Below, one piece after another: positions 12,753 through 26,900 of a DNA stretch of 64,000 nt (the stretch's first letter is position 1; each line of letters begins with the position of its first letter). The DNA comes from Mizuhopecten yessoensis (lineage: Eukaryota). Location of the stretch: NCBI RefSeq assembly GCF_002113885.1, contig NW_018480020.1:222163-286162 (forward strand), in the 5' to 3' direction. Under the pieces are notes generated by a model, which had not been told where the DNA came from, did no database searches, and saw only the letters and a list, made by a program, of their open reading frames with translations. The position numbers and the translations under genes were made by a program.

Positions 12753-14937
12753 TACGTTCGTTTCACTCCCGAGAAACACGGTCACCCAGCAAGCAACTGA
12801 CGATTTGGTCAGGTTGTGATCATCACACTAATAAACATTCATGAATATGAGGGACTGTCCCTCTTTGCATAGAAAATTTACAAAGACAGTTTGTAATTTA
12901 TATTGAAAACACACATCATTTCAGATCGTCTAACAAGGCCTTTTGCACCCACAAACAGGGACATTTCCTCAAGCGATGGACAATCCCAACATCTTTTAAA
13001 CCATTTCACCCCTATGTAACTTTATATTTAGTGGACTCTAGATCTACCATGCATTGATCTGGATGAGTCCATTATGGTCTACAGTGGTGAAAGGGTTAAT
13101 AGGGATATATTTAACCACTTAGTTCAAGTGTTGGAGTTGGATATTAATGATCCCCAAAATTAACAACCTGTTATAATATAGCGTAGGCCTAACTGATGCA
13201 GTTCAATGGAAAGTCAGAATGCATCATGGTAGTTTGAAAGTTTGATTTCACATTGTCAGTTCCATGCAAATTAACATCCAGATTAAAAACCCAATAATTT
13301 AGGGGCCTGTTATATATATATATATATGCGCATGCAGACCAACTGGTTTGTGTATTTTTAAAATGTCATATTTTATGGGAAACACATGACAGACCAGCTA
13401 GCTTCTGTAAATGCTAAAGCAGGCCTTAAATGAATGTGGCCAAGCTTAAGGTGAACATGTCATGAGCATGTGTCTTACATTACGATAATGGTCGACACAG
13501 CTGGTGTTTAATGTGAGCTATAATTATGTATATAAATGTACAAGGTGTATATATATATTCGGTGAGAGAAAATGTTTCTGGGCCAGACCAGGCTTGAATC
13601 CAGGACCTCCGAACTATAGAGGCCTATAGCTATAGGCTAATGGTCCAACCAATATTGAGTCACCTGGTTACCCAGCAATCAACACATGTATACCTGTACC
13701 TCCCTTCTTTTTCCAAATCTTTAACCCTATTTACAACCCAGATTTGGGTAACCCCTTGTGAGGCATTTACACATGTACCAGTACACTACTGTAACAAGTG
13801 TTCTGCTGCCCCTAAAAAGCTTTTCACGTTATATAAATCAGAAAACAAAATTCTAATTCGTTTGAGATGTAGTTAACACGACATTTGATTGGTCAATCAA
13901 AATAATTTGTGACAGTATAACCACAATATACTGTCCGCAAATTTCTCATTTGCATATATAAAGCCTGGATGGCGATTGTTAATGATGTCAATGACACTGA
14001 CTGAACCTGACACGTCATGAAAATGATTATTCATGATCATGACGTCATAAACAATAGCATGACCCTGAATGGTCAATGTAATTCCGCCTCACTTTGAATA
14101 TTTCTGACGTCGCCAATCTATGGCAGAGTAACCCAGAATTTGAAGAAAACACTCAAAACTATCTTAAAATCGTCGTTTCTTTTAGTTTTGTGGCTTATAT
14201 GAATTAAAATGGGAATAACCATCCTGGATTTTGAGATTTGTGCGGTATATCGCGATTACAGTGATCACAATTTGCGACAGTATACCTATGGTAGTCATGA
14301 TATACCGCCGCACATATCAAAATACAGTATGGTTATCCCCTAAATGTATATATGTATATGCCTTCAACAGTTAGAAATACCAGACTAGTAACTGACTGCT
14401 TATATATTTACCAGATTTCCATGGTTTTTTTTGTGCTTTGAACTACAGATGTCTACATATATACATATAGACCTACATCAATAATTTTGACAGAACTTAT
14501 CAGATGACCCGAAATTACACTGATACCTGAACTGCATTCAAGACCTTTTTTGGGGGGGGAGAGGGGTTGGGTTAGAGATGATAATTATATGTTACAACTA
14601 GTACAGTGGTCAGGATATAGATACTACATGTACTTAGATACATAGATTTATTCTGACATAATTAGGATTTTATAATCATTTGACAGATCGGCTCTGAAAT
14701 AAAAAAAACAATTAAATAAAAACGTTTTTCAAAAGTTGCGAGGATATAGTAATTTGAAGTGGCCATAATATACAGTGTAAGCCATTTTAAATTTAATTTG
14801 AGATGCCCCATTGAAATTGAAGAATACTAAATTGAGAAAAAATTGTGTATGAGTTTCAACAATTGATTGCACACTTATATTATATGATTTTCTATTTTCT
14901 TTCCCTACATAAACAGGAGGAAAATAACTTGGTTACC

Positions 14938-17900
14938 ATGGATACTGAAACCCCAAAGGAAAAGAAGCCAAGAGTCTTGAAGCGTATAAAGAAAAAGAAG
15001 CTGGATCTGAATGCTTCATCCTCAACAAAGAAGAAGAAAACATTCAGCTATGGTCGTAGTAATATTAGTTGTGAGTATATATACTGAACTGGCTGACACG
15101 TTATGTAATGACTACGCATATATGGTATACATAAATAGTGGGTTTTTTCTCACTGAATTTTATAACAGCCTGATCCTTTATGAATTGGAAAAATGACATT
15201 ATTATTTTTAAGGAAATTATGAAGATATTTTTTGTCATTTTGGGAAAATAGCACACTTTTTTGAAAGAGGAAGAAGCAAGCCTATTTTTGGCTCAAAAGC
15301 CAGACAAAAAAAACCCACTGAATATATGATCTATACTTGTCCTGAAAAGAGAAAATATCAATTTGATTTGTATTAAACATGTATATATATACACTGTACT
15401 TGTAGTTTGTAACAAGAATAGCTAATTTGATAAATGTGTCGTTACATTGTAATATTCATAATCTTCAACTCTCTTTAGTGAGTACTTCGATACAGAAGCA
15501 GAGTTTGCGGGCAAACAACAAGGCGCTGGCCTTTAACTTGGAGAGGTCTAGGGAGGCTCTCCGTTTTGCTAATGATTCAAACCTGGAGCTACAGAGATCA
15601 AACCAAGAACTTCACATGAAACTCACAACTTTAGAAAGAGTGGCTGGACTGAAAGATGGGGACATTGAAAATGAAGTCAATGCCAGGTTAAAGGTACTTA
15701 TACATTATAGGATTCGGGTTTAATCAACGAGCAGAACCTCCTATATCTGTCATATGTAAACTCACAACGACAAATTCAAATCTAATTGTGCTGAATCTTC
15801 AGTCATCTTTACGCTCACGTAATGTGATCCTTGTCTAGCCCGAACTTTTAACTTATCAGAATCAATTTGAAAACTTGTTCAATAAATATATACAATATTC
15901 CGTCCTTTCGCATTGCAGAGTTATCTGCTCTTGTGAGCAGGTATTGATTAATATTGTTATGTCATTGGTTTGTGAGAGTATTACGTCATCAATTTTTGAG
16001 AAAACGACGTAATTTTCTCACACAAACCAATGACGTAACAATCAATACCTGCTCACAAGAGAAGATACTCTATAATACGCAAAGACGAAATATGTCAGTA
16101 AAAGTGATTTTATAGTTCTAACAGTTTTGACAAAAATGCATAGGCCAAATTGAAAAAAAATCTTGTTTTGGCTAACCCTATAGCTACCTACCCGAGATTT
16201 TTGTGCCCACCCTACAGTTTTTATTGGCATTTATTGATAGCCACTGTTAAATTCAGGACTCTTAATCTATATCAGCATAGTTTAATAATTAGTAAAAATA
16301 TTAAAAAATAAATATTACCTACCTACCCTATTTTTTCTGAGGTTGATAGCAGAAATACAAGTAATTGTTTTTTCTATACATGATGTAATCCTGTCAATGA
16401 TAGAGGTCTAACATGCATCACTCGATGATTCATAAGTGATCTGAGATGTAATCATCACACCAAGCAAATCTAATTTTGATAATATTGATTATTTCTGTAA
16501 AAAGAATTCATAACTGTCTGACTGTTTTTTCCTGGGTTGGTCTTGTTACGCCAAACATATCTATACCTGATATTTATTTAAGCCTTATAATTATTTGGCA
16601 TTCAATCAATTGGAGCATATATATACACCACAACTTAGGATGGATATATATTCATAAGTTAAAACTTTATATAAATGTCGGCCTTCCATTGCAGAAACAC
16701 ATGTCGGAACTGAAGACTAAGATGGTCGGCATGAGGCGACTTTTCTATGATGCGTTTGCCTGCATGGACGACGTAATGGATATGTGTAATTTGTTGTCGC
16801 GTCACTCCAGTGGCGGTCATCGCGACGCCTCGCTCGGTAGCTCTCTCAGCGAAACTTCGATGTCGCATGGAACTTTTGAAGGTCACTGCAGGTAAAGCCT
16901 ACCGTGTTTTCAAAAGACATGAAAGTTGGCTATAAAATCAGACGTAAATTATAACAAAGTCTGACCCCTTTATATGGCAAGCATCCCAACATTTTGAGGG
17001 TCAACAGCCATTTTAGGAGGTCATATATATACCCCCATTTGGAAGTAAACTGAAACCCTGGCTTTCTACAATAATGTTTGGAATTGATTCAAATTCATGA
17101 TCAATCGGCACTGTTTCTCAAACAAACAATCGTTAATTCATCATTAGATGGAAAGAAAATAGAGGAGCATTCATTGAAATGAGTAAAATGTAGTGGATAC
17201 TTTTTGAAATCATAGCTAGAGACAAATGTTTTTCGAGGCTCAACAGCCATTTTAGGAGGTTATATACCACCATTTGGAAGTAAACTGAAGCCCAGGCTTT
17301 ATACAATAATGTTGGGAATTTATGATAAAACAAATGAGCAACATTGTTTGTATAATCAGATTTCAGGTCTATTCTGAATCTCAATAACTCTTGAAAATTT
17401 TCCTGTCAAAGTCGAACCATTGTCCATAATAGAAAATCACGATCAATTTATAGTTAGCCATAGGTTATGGTAAAAGGATTAATCATCAGTTCATTGTAAC
17501 AACACTAGTTCTGCACTTTATCCCATTACATTTTGTTTCTCAACTGAAATATTCACGAACAATCAATTTGATACATGTGCATCCCTTGGAAAAAACTCAT
17601 TGATTTACTTCTAGTAAAAATAACTAATTGATCAAGCATTTGGAAGACAGTCAGGAAGAGAGAGAGAAAAGTAATGGCATATGTTGGCCCCCATTTTTCC
17701 AGAATTCAATGTACTGTTTATGAAAATATGGGATGTGCCAAAAATGTACAGTACAATAGGGTAAGACAAGCTATATTGACATGAATTACTTCCCATTACT
17801 ATAAATTCAGAGTTACAACTACATGTCTCTATGATTTAACAGTTCTATCAGTTACGTTAGCCAGTTGCTCAGCTTTGTCATCATAACGACATTGCCAGTA

Positions 17901-20900
17901 GCACAGTTTTGATTACATACTATATCCTATTATTGGCTTTGTACAGGACATAACTATAACTACTGGACTTCAACCTACTGTGGCCAACTATCAACTATGT
18001 TTTATTATATGTCAATATGACATCTTCAATATTTGAAGTGATACTTCCCAACTGAAATGTTCAATACATAGGTACATTATTTCAGTGATGCACAAGTTGA
18101 CAAATCCTGATTACCAAGACTCGGCAGGGCTAGACAATAAGGGTATCCCGTTAGTCTGGGACAGGCTAGACAATAAGGGTATCCCGTTAGTCTGGGACAG
18201 GTGAAATCTCCAATTGGACTAGTGGTTTTAAAAACTGCTAGTCTGATTGACTAGTCAATTTTTTTTTATTATAACTTAGCATGTTGAATAATATTAGGCC
18301 AGTGAAATTTGCACATGGACTGGTAATATAAAGTATTGGAAACTACTAGTCTAAATGAATAGTGATGTTTAAAATCAATTTCTAGCCTTGATTGGTACAT
18401 TTTCCATAGTTCATCTCATGCTGGTTGCTCATGGCAGTCATGCAGAACTGTGTCATCTTTTATCCTAACTGAAGAACTCTAATATTTTTTTTATTTTTTT
18501 AGTATTCGTTTGCCCTTGTTGGTTCCTAAAAGACCTGCAAAAGATAAAAATGTTATTTTGTTGTAGGTCTCTTTTCTCTCAGATCCCAAAGATGGTGTTC
18601 TCGTCAATGTTACCAAGCAAAGATGACCTGCCGTCGGAGTCAGGACCATCGCCACTCTCGGCCATCTCCCACGATATGAGTATGATTGCAGAGACCTCTG
18701 TACTGCTCGACGATATAACGCCTCCAAGTGACTTGATGGAGCACATCACAGGTAATAAAAGATATATATTATAGATAAGAATGTGTATGTGAGAAACTTG
18801 CAAATTAACTCCCTAGTGTTTTTTGGCTCATTTGGACACAAACGAGGTTGAAGGCAGAGGTATCTAAGACTTTGGTCAAGAAAATCACTTGTCATCTTGA
18901 ACCCCATTCTAGATACAATTTTATTAAGTTTTTGTAAGATTTTTTTTTGAGAGATAGCAAATTAAAAATACAAACTCACATAACTCTTCTACTCTAAAAT
19001 GGAGTTCTAAAAGAAACACAGAAATCAGTATAGATATTTAATGATATATATATATCAACCTGTAGCATTATACACCAACAATGTACTTTGTAAGTATTAA
19101 ATGTGTCACAACGTTTCAAGATCATCTGGTCCCTTACTGAGTGAACAATTGGTACTGTTTACCTGTACAACGAGGTGACAAAATTATAAATTTCATATGA
19201 AACATGGGAAGTTTCGTCTATCAATAGAGAGTGTATATATATATGCTCTGTATGGAATAGCTGTGACTGTCAATTATAAGAATGATTACTTCATCATTGA
19301 TAACTATCTTTTTTTAGATATTCAAGAGTCAGACAACGAAAGTGAAGAACCACATAAAACAAAATCTCTCAGTGATAGCAGTGGTGACAGCTGTGTCAAG
19401 ATGGCTCCACAGCGAGTGTTGAAGAAGAAGAGCCGAGAGTCTCCTCCAGTTAACACATCTAAGCCTCCGTCTGCTTCCGCTTCCGCGGAGCAGGTGGATG
19501 TTCAAGCTGGTAGTCCTGCTGTGAGAAGCAAGAAATTGGATCGACGAGGCACATTTGTTATTAACACCTCAAAGATGTCTGATAATATGCCGTCAAAATC
19601 AATGTTTTCTAAGGAACATGCTTCAGATATGGAAAATGAAGAAAGCAAACCAGCCGCGAAGAATTCACAAACAGGCAAAGACCCATCCGACAAAGGCTCT
19701 GCAGCAGGAAGTGATTCCTCCTCAAAATTAAACATGCTATCCCAACCATCAAAAAAACCCAAGTCACCTGTAGTTAGTTCAAAGACAAGGTCAAGATCAA
19801 AAGGAAGGCTGGACAAGCCAGGGTTGACTGTTACTGAATGTGCTGACAGTGCTGACGTACAGGACCGTAGAAAAACTTTTGTGGTGCCGGCAGTGGAACA
19901 GGTTAGGGAGTCCTGTAAGCCCGGCACTTCCAAGTCAGCTGAATGTTTGTCTGTCGAAAGTGTAGGAGAGACTGCAGATGATAGACGCAAAACATATCTG
20001 CTCCCACCTGCGCTTTCGAATTCAGCCAGCAATCTAAGCTTGTCGCCTGTTCTAGTGGGAAATCCTGAAGATGTTACACAATGTTTCAGTCTAGACATGG
20101 AAATGACTGAGGTAATTGATAACACACAGCTTATTCAATTGGCTAACTCTGAACAAAATCAATCAACGGAAATAGAGGCTACGAAAAGCAGTCGATCAGA
20201 ATCGGAAAAAGAAATTCCTAAAACATCCAAGCAAGGAAGTGAAAGCATTACTTTGTTGCCTAACTCTTCTGATTCATCAGATTCTGAGACACTGAGCAAG
20301 CCAGCATCTGTGGAATTCCGTATTCCGCGTCCGGGTAAAATTATCTTCTCGGCATCCAGGAAGGAAATGGATGGGTCAAGAAAACCAGTTCCCTCAAAGC
20401 TGCCACTGAAAGCTCGAACAAAATCAAAGATAAAATTGAGCAGGAGTAAAGGGCGGAAAGATACCGTGCCAGAATCACCTAAGGAACTAAAATCAATATT
20501 TGATTTTCACGACAGGACTCCAAAAGCTAAGGAAGTTACAACAGCAAAGACAACAGGCTCGGTGTACGATTTGTCCATGAATGAGTCGCTGAGAGACAAT
20601 GTTAACAAACCGTCGCTGAGTCAGTTCAGAGAGAGTTGTGGGAAAGAACAGAAAGAGAAAACTTCAGCAGGAAGTAAACCCGCTGATATCAAACTTTTAT
20701 CCGACAATCCGGTGTATTACGAACCTCTGAAGGAATGCTCACCCGAGCCCCCAGTACAGAAACGCAGCAGGTCAAAAAGTAGAACAAGGAAAGGGGACGC
20801 TGATAATGAAATTGAGAGTCGCAGCTCGAGGGCCCGGTCCCGCAGTCGTAGGCAAGAGGCGGAGGAAAAAGCAGAAACAGATGAAATAGTTGTAAATGAT

Positions 20901-23900
20901 CTGGAGTCAAGAGGGAGGTCTCGCAGCAAGCGTAGGCAAGAGGGGGAGGAAAAAGCAGAAACAGATGAAATAGCTGTAAATGATCTGGAGTCAAGAGGGA
21001 GGTCTCGCAGCAGGCGTAGACAGGACACAAAAGAGGTAGCTTCCCCTGTCCCAGCAAACCCCAAGGAATCTAGTTCTAGTGGAATTGAAGAAGAGGCTGA
21101 AAATTTCAAGTCACGGGGAAGGTCACGTAGCAGACGTAGGAAGGACAATGTGGAATCTGAGAGTGAAGTTGTTACTGAAAGGTCCCGAAGTAGAAATAGG
21201 AAAAAGGATGTTGACAATGATGGAAAAAAAGGAAGTGAGATAGATGAGATGAACTCCAGAACACGATCTCGAAGCAGACGGCGCAAAGAGCAGGTAGAAG
21301 AGGATGTCATTTCACCGAAAGACGATTTGGATTCTGATTGTGATGGTACCAACTCCAGATCACGAAGCATCAAAAGAAAAAGGGATACTAATGAAGACAC
21401 AAACTTGTTGAGCGAAAAGAATGGACTAAAATCCAGGACACGGTCCAGGAGTCGACATCACAAAGACATCTCGGAAAAGGATATTCCATTGGAAGATGTC
21501 GACAGTAACTCCAATATTTATGAATCAAGAAGTACTTCTGGAAGCAGGCAAATCAAAGATGCAAATGTGAAGACTTCTGAATCTAAATTTGAAAAAGAGA
21601 ATGAAGGTCATACGTCGACAGCAAGGTCATCAGATAGAGAAAGCCCAACTAAGGAAGATATTGTCAGCCGAAAATCAAGAGGAAGAGAGAGATCAAAATC
21701 AAGGGGGAGAGTAATTCAAGACAAGGAAGACCTTGATATTGTCACTAGGAAATCAAGGGGGAGATCAAAAAGTCAACGGAGAAAAGACACAGTTGATTCA
21801 CAGAGTGAGACCGATGTATCATCATCCCAAACAAAATCAAAAGGTATTGACTGTATAAATGTTGAAGAAACACCTGACAAAGAACTTAGAAAAATGAAGA
21901 CTGCCGATGCAGATTTAATTGAGGAGGAAAGGAAGGGTGCCTTTAAAAGGAGTCGGTCAAGGGCCCGATCTAGGACCAAGAAAAAAGAGGAATCGACAGG
22001 GGAAGAAGGGGTTGCTTCCAAACATGGAACGCAATCCAAGACAAACGCATCGGAGGAACAGGAACAGCCAGAAGTTGTGGTACTTCACAGTGATGAAGAA
22101 CAGATAAATGATTTGCCTAAAAAAAAGTCTCGAAGTCCTACAGCTGAAGTGGACCAGGTCCCAGCAAGCTCTGATGAGGATAAGGCCAGTGTGTCAGCAC
22201 AGAAAAACATTGCGAATAAGAACTTGTTAAAGTCAGGCGTGAAAGAAAATAAAGATGATGACGTAGAGATTGATGAATCTGTTATTATCGTGTCATCATC
22301 ACCACCACCGCCAAAAGAGAAAGTGAAGGCGAAGAAAAAGTTGTCACTTCACAAGAAAAGTAGTAGCAACAGCTCAGATTCCTTGGACACCAACGAACAA
22401 TCAAACACGACTAAAACAAAAGAGGATGCAAAAAGTGTTGAAGAAAAGGACAATTCGTCAGAGAAGAAACGGAGGATCGATGCTAGTGATGGAGATGAGA
22501 TTCCACGCTTGGCTGAAGGTCTCTTTGTGACCAAAAGAGGCAGAAGTCTGAAGCTAAGCAAACAGACAATGGACACCTTCGAGGACCAGGATTTATTTTT
22601 CGATTTTGAGAATCTTTCCAATAACTATAATGTAGAAACTAATAAGATTAAGTTGCCAAAAACTCCAAGTACACCTACTGTAGAGGGGTCAAAGGCCACT
22701 CCAAAAGACAAAACAGTGAGTTCAAAGTTAAAGAAACTGAAAAGTGCGAAGAAAAGTACCAGTAAGCGGCGCCGATCCAATTGCAGTTCAGTTTCTGAAG
22801 CTGAGCAGCAGACTCCAGGAAACAGCAACTCGGTCAATGAGACAATTTCCAGTACAGACAAGGAGGTATGTAAAATATTTAGTCTTAGCCAAAATACCAT
22901 CTGTATTGTATTTTACCAGGACAGGGCCACAGTGGCCAAGTGTTTTATGCGTCCAACAATCTGCTACCAAAAGTCCTCCACCACTGGGTCATGGGTTCAT
23001 GACACGTGGGGCAGTCACCAGGTACTGGCCGTAGGTCGGTGGTTTTTCTCTTGGAACTACGGCTTTCCTCCACCACCAAAACCTGGCACGTCCTTAAATG
23101 ACTATAGCTGTTAGTAGGACGTAAAACACAAACAAACCATACCAAATGTATATATACCAGGACACTTTCACCCAGTCAGATTTTTTGCCTTTCACTGTTA
23201 AAATCCATATTCGATCAGTGTCAAATATGCCCTGCATATATAATCACTTTACCAGGTAGGTGTTATCTTGTTAACCTATATTCGATGTAATGATAATTCG
23301 CCCTCATTAAGGATGGCAGTGGAATACAGTATAATATGATTGCAGTTTGCAGTAAAATGTGCATCAGATAATTTGTATCCCTACCATCTACCCCCTGTCA
23401 CTTACAAAGCAAACGCAACATAGCTTGTGATCACTCTGTCGGCAGCTTCAATGATGGTGTCGGAAATTGCCTGCAACATGTACAAATACTTAGTAGTAAC
23501 ATTCAAGTCCTAACTTTCCAATTGATTTTTTTTTAACAAAATCTGTTGAAGAATGATCAAAATTAGGTTTTGTGGCTGGAAAACTTTGGGCTATGTTTGG
23601 GTCACTTTACCAGGGACATAGTGAAGTGAAGCCTTCGTCTTTTTTATCTGTTCCGTTGACTTTTTCAACCGAATATCTTTTTCATTGAATCCATAGGGGA
23701 GCGGGGTGTGGGATTTGTGATTTTTTCACAAAAATGAAATAAAGCGATACGGAAAAAAATAAAGCTGTATTCCCGAAAGTTTTCATCAATATTTTTTGAA
23801 AATTGCTCTAGTTTGTTTCATGATCGTAACTCGGTGGAAAACATTTATTTTACTTATACACTGCATCTGTGTTACAGAATGACAGACCTGCTCTGGGATT

Positions 23901-26900
23901 TTCGGAACAAATGCAGAACATCAGGAAGAAGCTCGTGTCACTAGACAAACAACAGAGTAAGACGTCGATAGGGTCACAGCCCTCAGCTGGCCTCAGCAAC
24001 TTTGACTTCTCAAAACTAGACATGGGCTGCAGGTGAGTAAATGTCAACACATCTGTGGAGCAGTTTTTGTATCCCAGTTTGGATCAGTTTTTAAAATTGT
24101 CAACAAGCTGACTCAAGCTTCAAGTAACAGCTGACAAAGTTTTGAAAATCTTTTTGTATGCAGTGAAATTTAACTAGCTTTGACATTTATAGATTGTTAG
24201 GTATTACTTTGACCTGGCTCTGAATAAATAGCTGTAAGATGCTGTATACAGGGTAATTTTCACACTTTTTGCGGAAGGATACAACAGTGAATTCAACAAT
24301 GCAGTGAAAAGTTCCAGTTCCTGGCATTGTTATTAGATTTACTAGTTTGAGACTAAAGACAAATATCGGGTGGAAATACAAAATACGTCATGCAGTTTGC
24401 TATATTGAAAAACATTATGAATCAAAAGGCTGTTGCAGCCAAATAAAATTGCATTCCATTCACATTATCATTATACTCATGTTTTACTTTTAAAATGTTT
24501 ATATCGACAGATTCGACATATCCAAATTAAATGTTTCATCATTTTAAAATACCAAAGTGGTATTTCAATGAAAAACAACACAGAAATACTAGGGGAATTG
24601 GATCAAGATATAAAAAAGTTAAAATGTTTCACAGTGATAAAGTATTGCAGGCCAAAAGTAAAAATGTTTGTACAAATTGATATACATTGAGCGGTTGTTT
24701 TACAGCAATGAACCAGAAAACAAACGACAGAGGAGGGGAACTGCACAGGTGTCGTACAAAGAGATGTCTCTTACGTCGTAAGTTGTCCAAATATAATACG
24801 TTATTTGACCACTCTCCGTGGGTTAAGAAAGTGTAGCCTTGTACAGTTTAAAGAAAAGTCTAGACCCATAAAATCACAAGTGAACACTAGTCCAATACAG
24901 TCCTAGGAGAAGTTTAGACCCAAGGAAAGTCCAACTCCAAACAGTTCAAAGAAAAAATTGTAGGTTGGAATGTACTGTAAAGACTGGTGTGCTTTTGTCT
25001 CGTCTCCATAAAGTGGAAGCGAGACTAAGGTGTTCCTTTCCCAGCAGCGTCAACATTAAGTTTTTGCGCTTAAGTTAGTTTCTCTGAAGGTATGAGTGCT
25101 AGACCAACGAAACTTGGACCATAGATGCATCTCAAGTTGTAGAATCTCAACTCATGAATCAAATGATGGATGCAGCCTACCTTTCATGGTCCATTGACTT
25201 TGTCAGCTTCTCCATCAACATTAAGTTTTTCGTTTAAGGTAGTTTATCTGATATGCGCATTGATGGTCAAAGCGGGGCATAGGCGAGACATATCAATCCA
25301 AATGGCTGGTTTAGATACAATATACTTTGGGGACAGGTGTGTTTTTTAGGTGAAATATACTTTGGGGACTGGTGTGTTTTTTCCCATTTCGATGACATTT
25401 AAACATCTTTTGTAGGGACAGAGATGTTTCTTAAGAGGGGAAAGAGGGATGTCATAAAGAAGATTTTTTTTTTTTAATTTAGATGTCTTAAAAATTATTC
25501 TTGATTTTCCAGGAAATTAAGACGGGAAGACATTGAAGGTCCAAAAAGGTCCAAAGGTTCTATGAGCAATACATCAACACCTGTAGCCAAGAAGACATAT
25601 GGTAGGGCGCGTTATTCAGTAATAGTGGTGTCACAATATGCCAAGAGCTGTCACCATATTTTGCAATACAGAATGATTATATTGCGATACGATATATGTG
25701 CTCAATTTTATGATAAGTTGTCAGAATGTTATCGATCTTAATCATATATAAAATGGATTACATAGATTTCAGATTTTTGTCAAACCAATTATCGATTACA
25801 AAATTTGAACTTTTAAAAGCCTGCTTTAAGCTTATTGGCATATCTGTTAGAATTTGTTGTAATTTGCAAAGTTAAAACATCAAACAGATAAAAATATGCT
25901 TTTGAAAAATGTTGCGATACAGCAACATTTCATCTCTGTATTGTGGTACGATACGACATACGTGGTATTGTGATATATACCTGTTTTCCTATATATTGTG
26001 ACAGCCCTATTCAGTATTGAAGATGTGTTAATTTACATATTTGTCAAAATTGATTTAGAAAAATTATCCAAAAAGAAAAAGAATACATGATGTTCAACCC
26101 ATCTCTAAATGATGTGAAAAATAAAAGTTTTAAAAAATAAAAATAAATTTAAGAATATGGTAGCAGAATACAGTAGAAATGGCCCGACTCTGATAAACAA
26201 GGCACATGTCAAGGAAATGTAAACACAGCGGATTTACCCTACACAACACATGTATACATGTATATATATTTGTAAACTGCATTACATTTACAATACATAT
26301 AAAGTACTGAGAAGTGTATAAACCTCTTTTTTCTATGTATGTCACATGTGTGAAAACCATGGTTACCACATCAAAAATTACCAAAAAATGCCAAAAATTG
26401 CTATTTTCAACCCAAAATTTAACCCCCGCAACTGGTAATTTTTTTCCTGAGCTCTGTCTGAAATTAAAGATTACCTACCTGGTTGCAGAATTATCTGGGT
26501 CCCAGTAAAGTTGTAAAACTTGATTTTTTGCAATTTTGCGTCGTGTGCTGTTGTCAAAATTTTACCTCCTGTAAAGCTAGCTTTTCATGTGTATGCACCC
26601 TTTCGGATTATGGCCAAAATTATTTTATTCTCGAACCAAAAAAATCTTTCTTTTTTACAAATGTGAAGCTCACATAGCCCACTTCATCATGCTTATACCA
26701 ATTTTAGTACAGTTTTATTTATATTTTTTTTTACATATCATTATACAGGGGTTAGCCATTTAACAAAAATATCACCCATGGCCACAACCCTCTACTGTAC
26801 ACTGCTACCTATGTTTTAGGGGACAATATATTCTTTGTACTCACTTTTTTTAGGCCACTATATGCATTCAAATAGGTCTTTGTTTTATTAATATTTGCTC

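Noticed and set aside
16995-17330. ~85-bp dispersed direct duplication in a shugoshin intron
   Set aside because: Ordinary local duplication with no element ends or structure.
19502-22900. Minus-strand ORFs within the giant exon
   Set aside because: Antisense shadows of a biased coding sequence.
19197-23114. Stand-alone 1305-aa single-exon gene
   Set aside because: First 40 and last 82 codons are intronic (AT-rich or SINE); strong acceptor at 19317 and donor at 22866 are in phase with neighbouring shugoshin exons.
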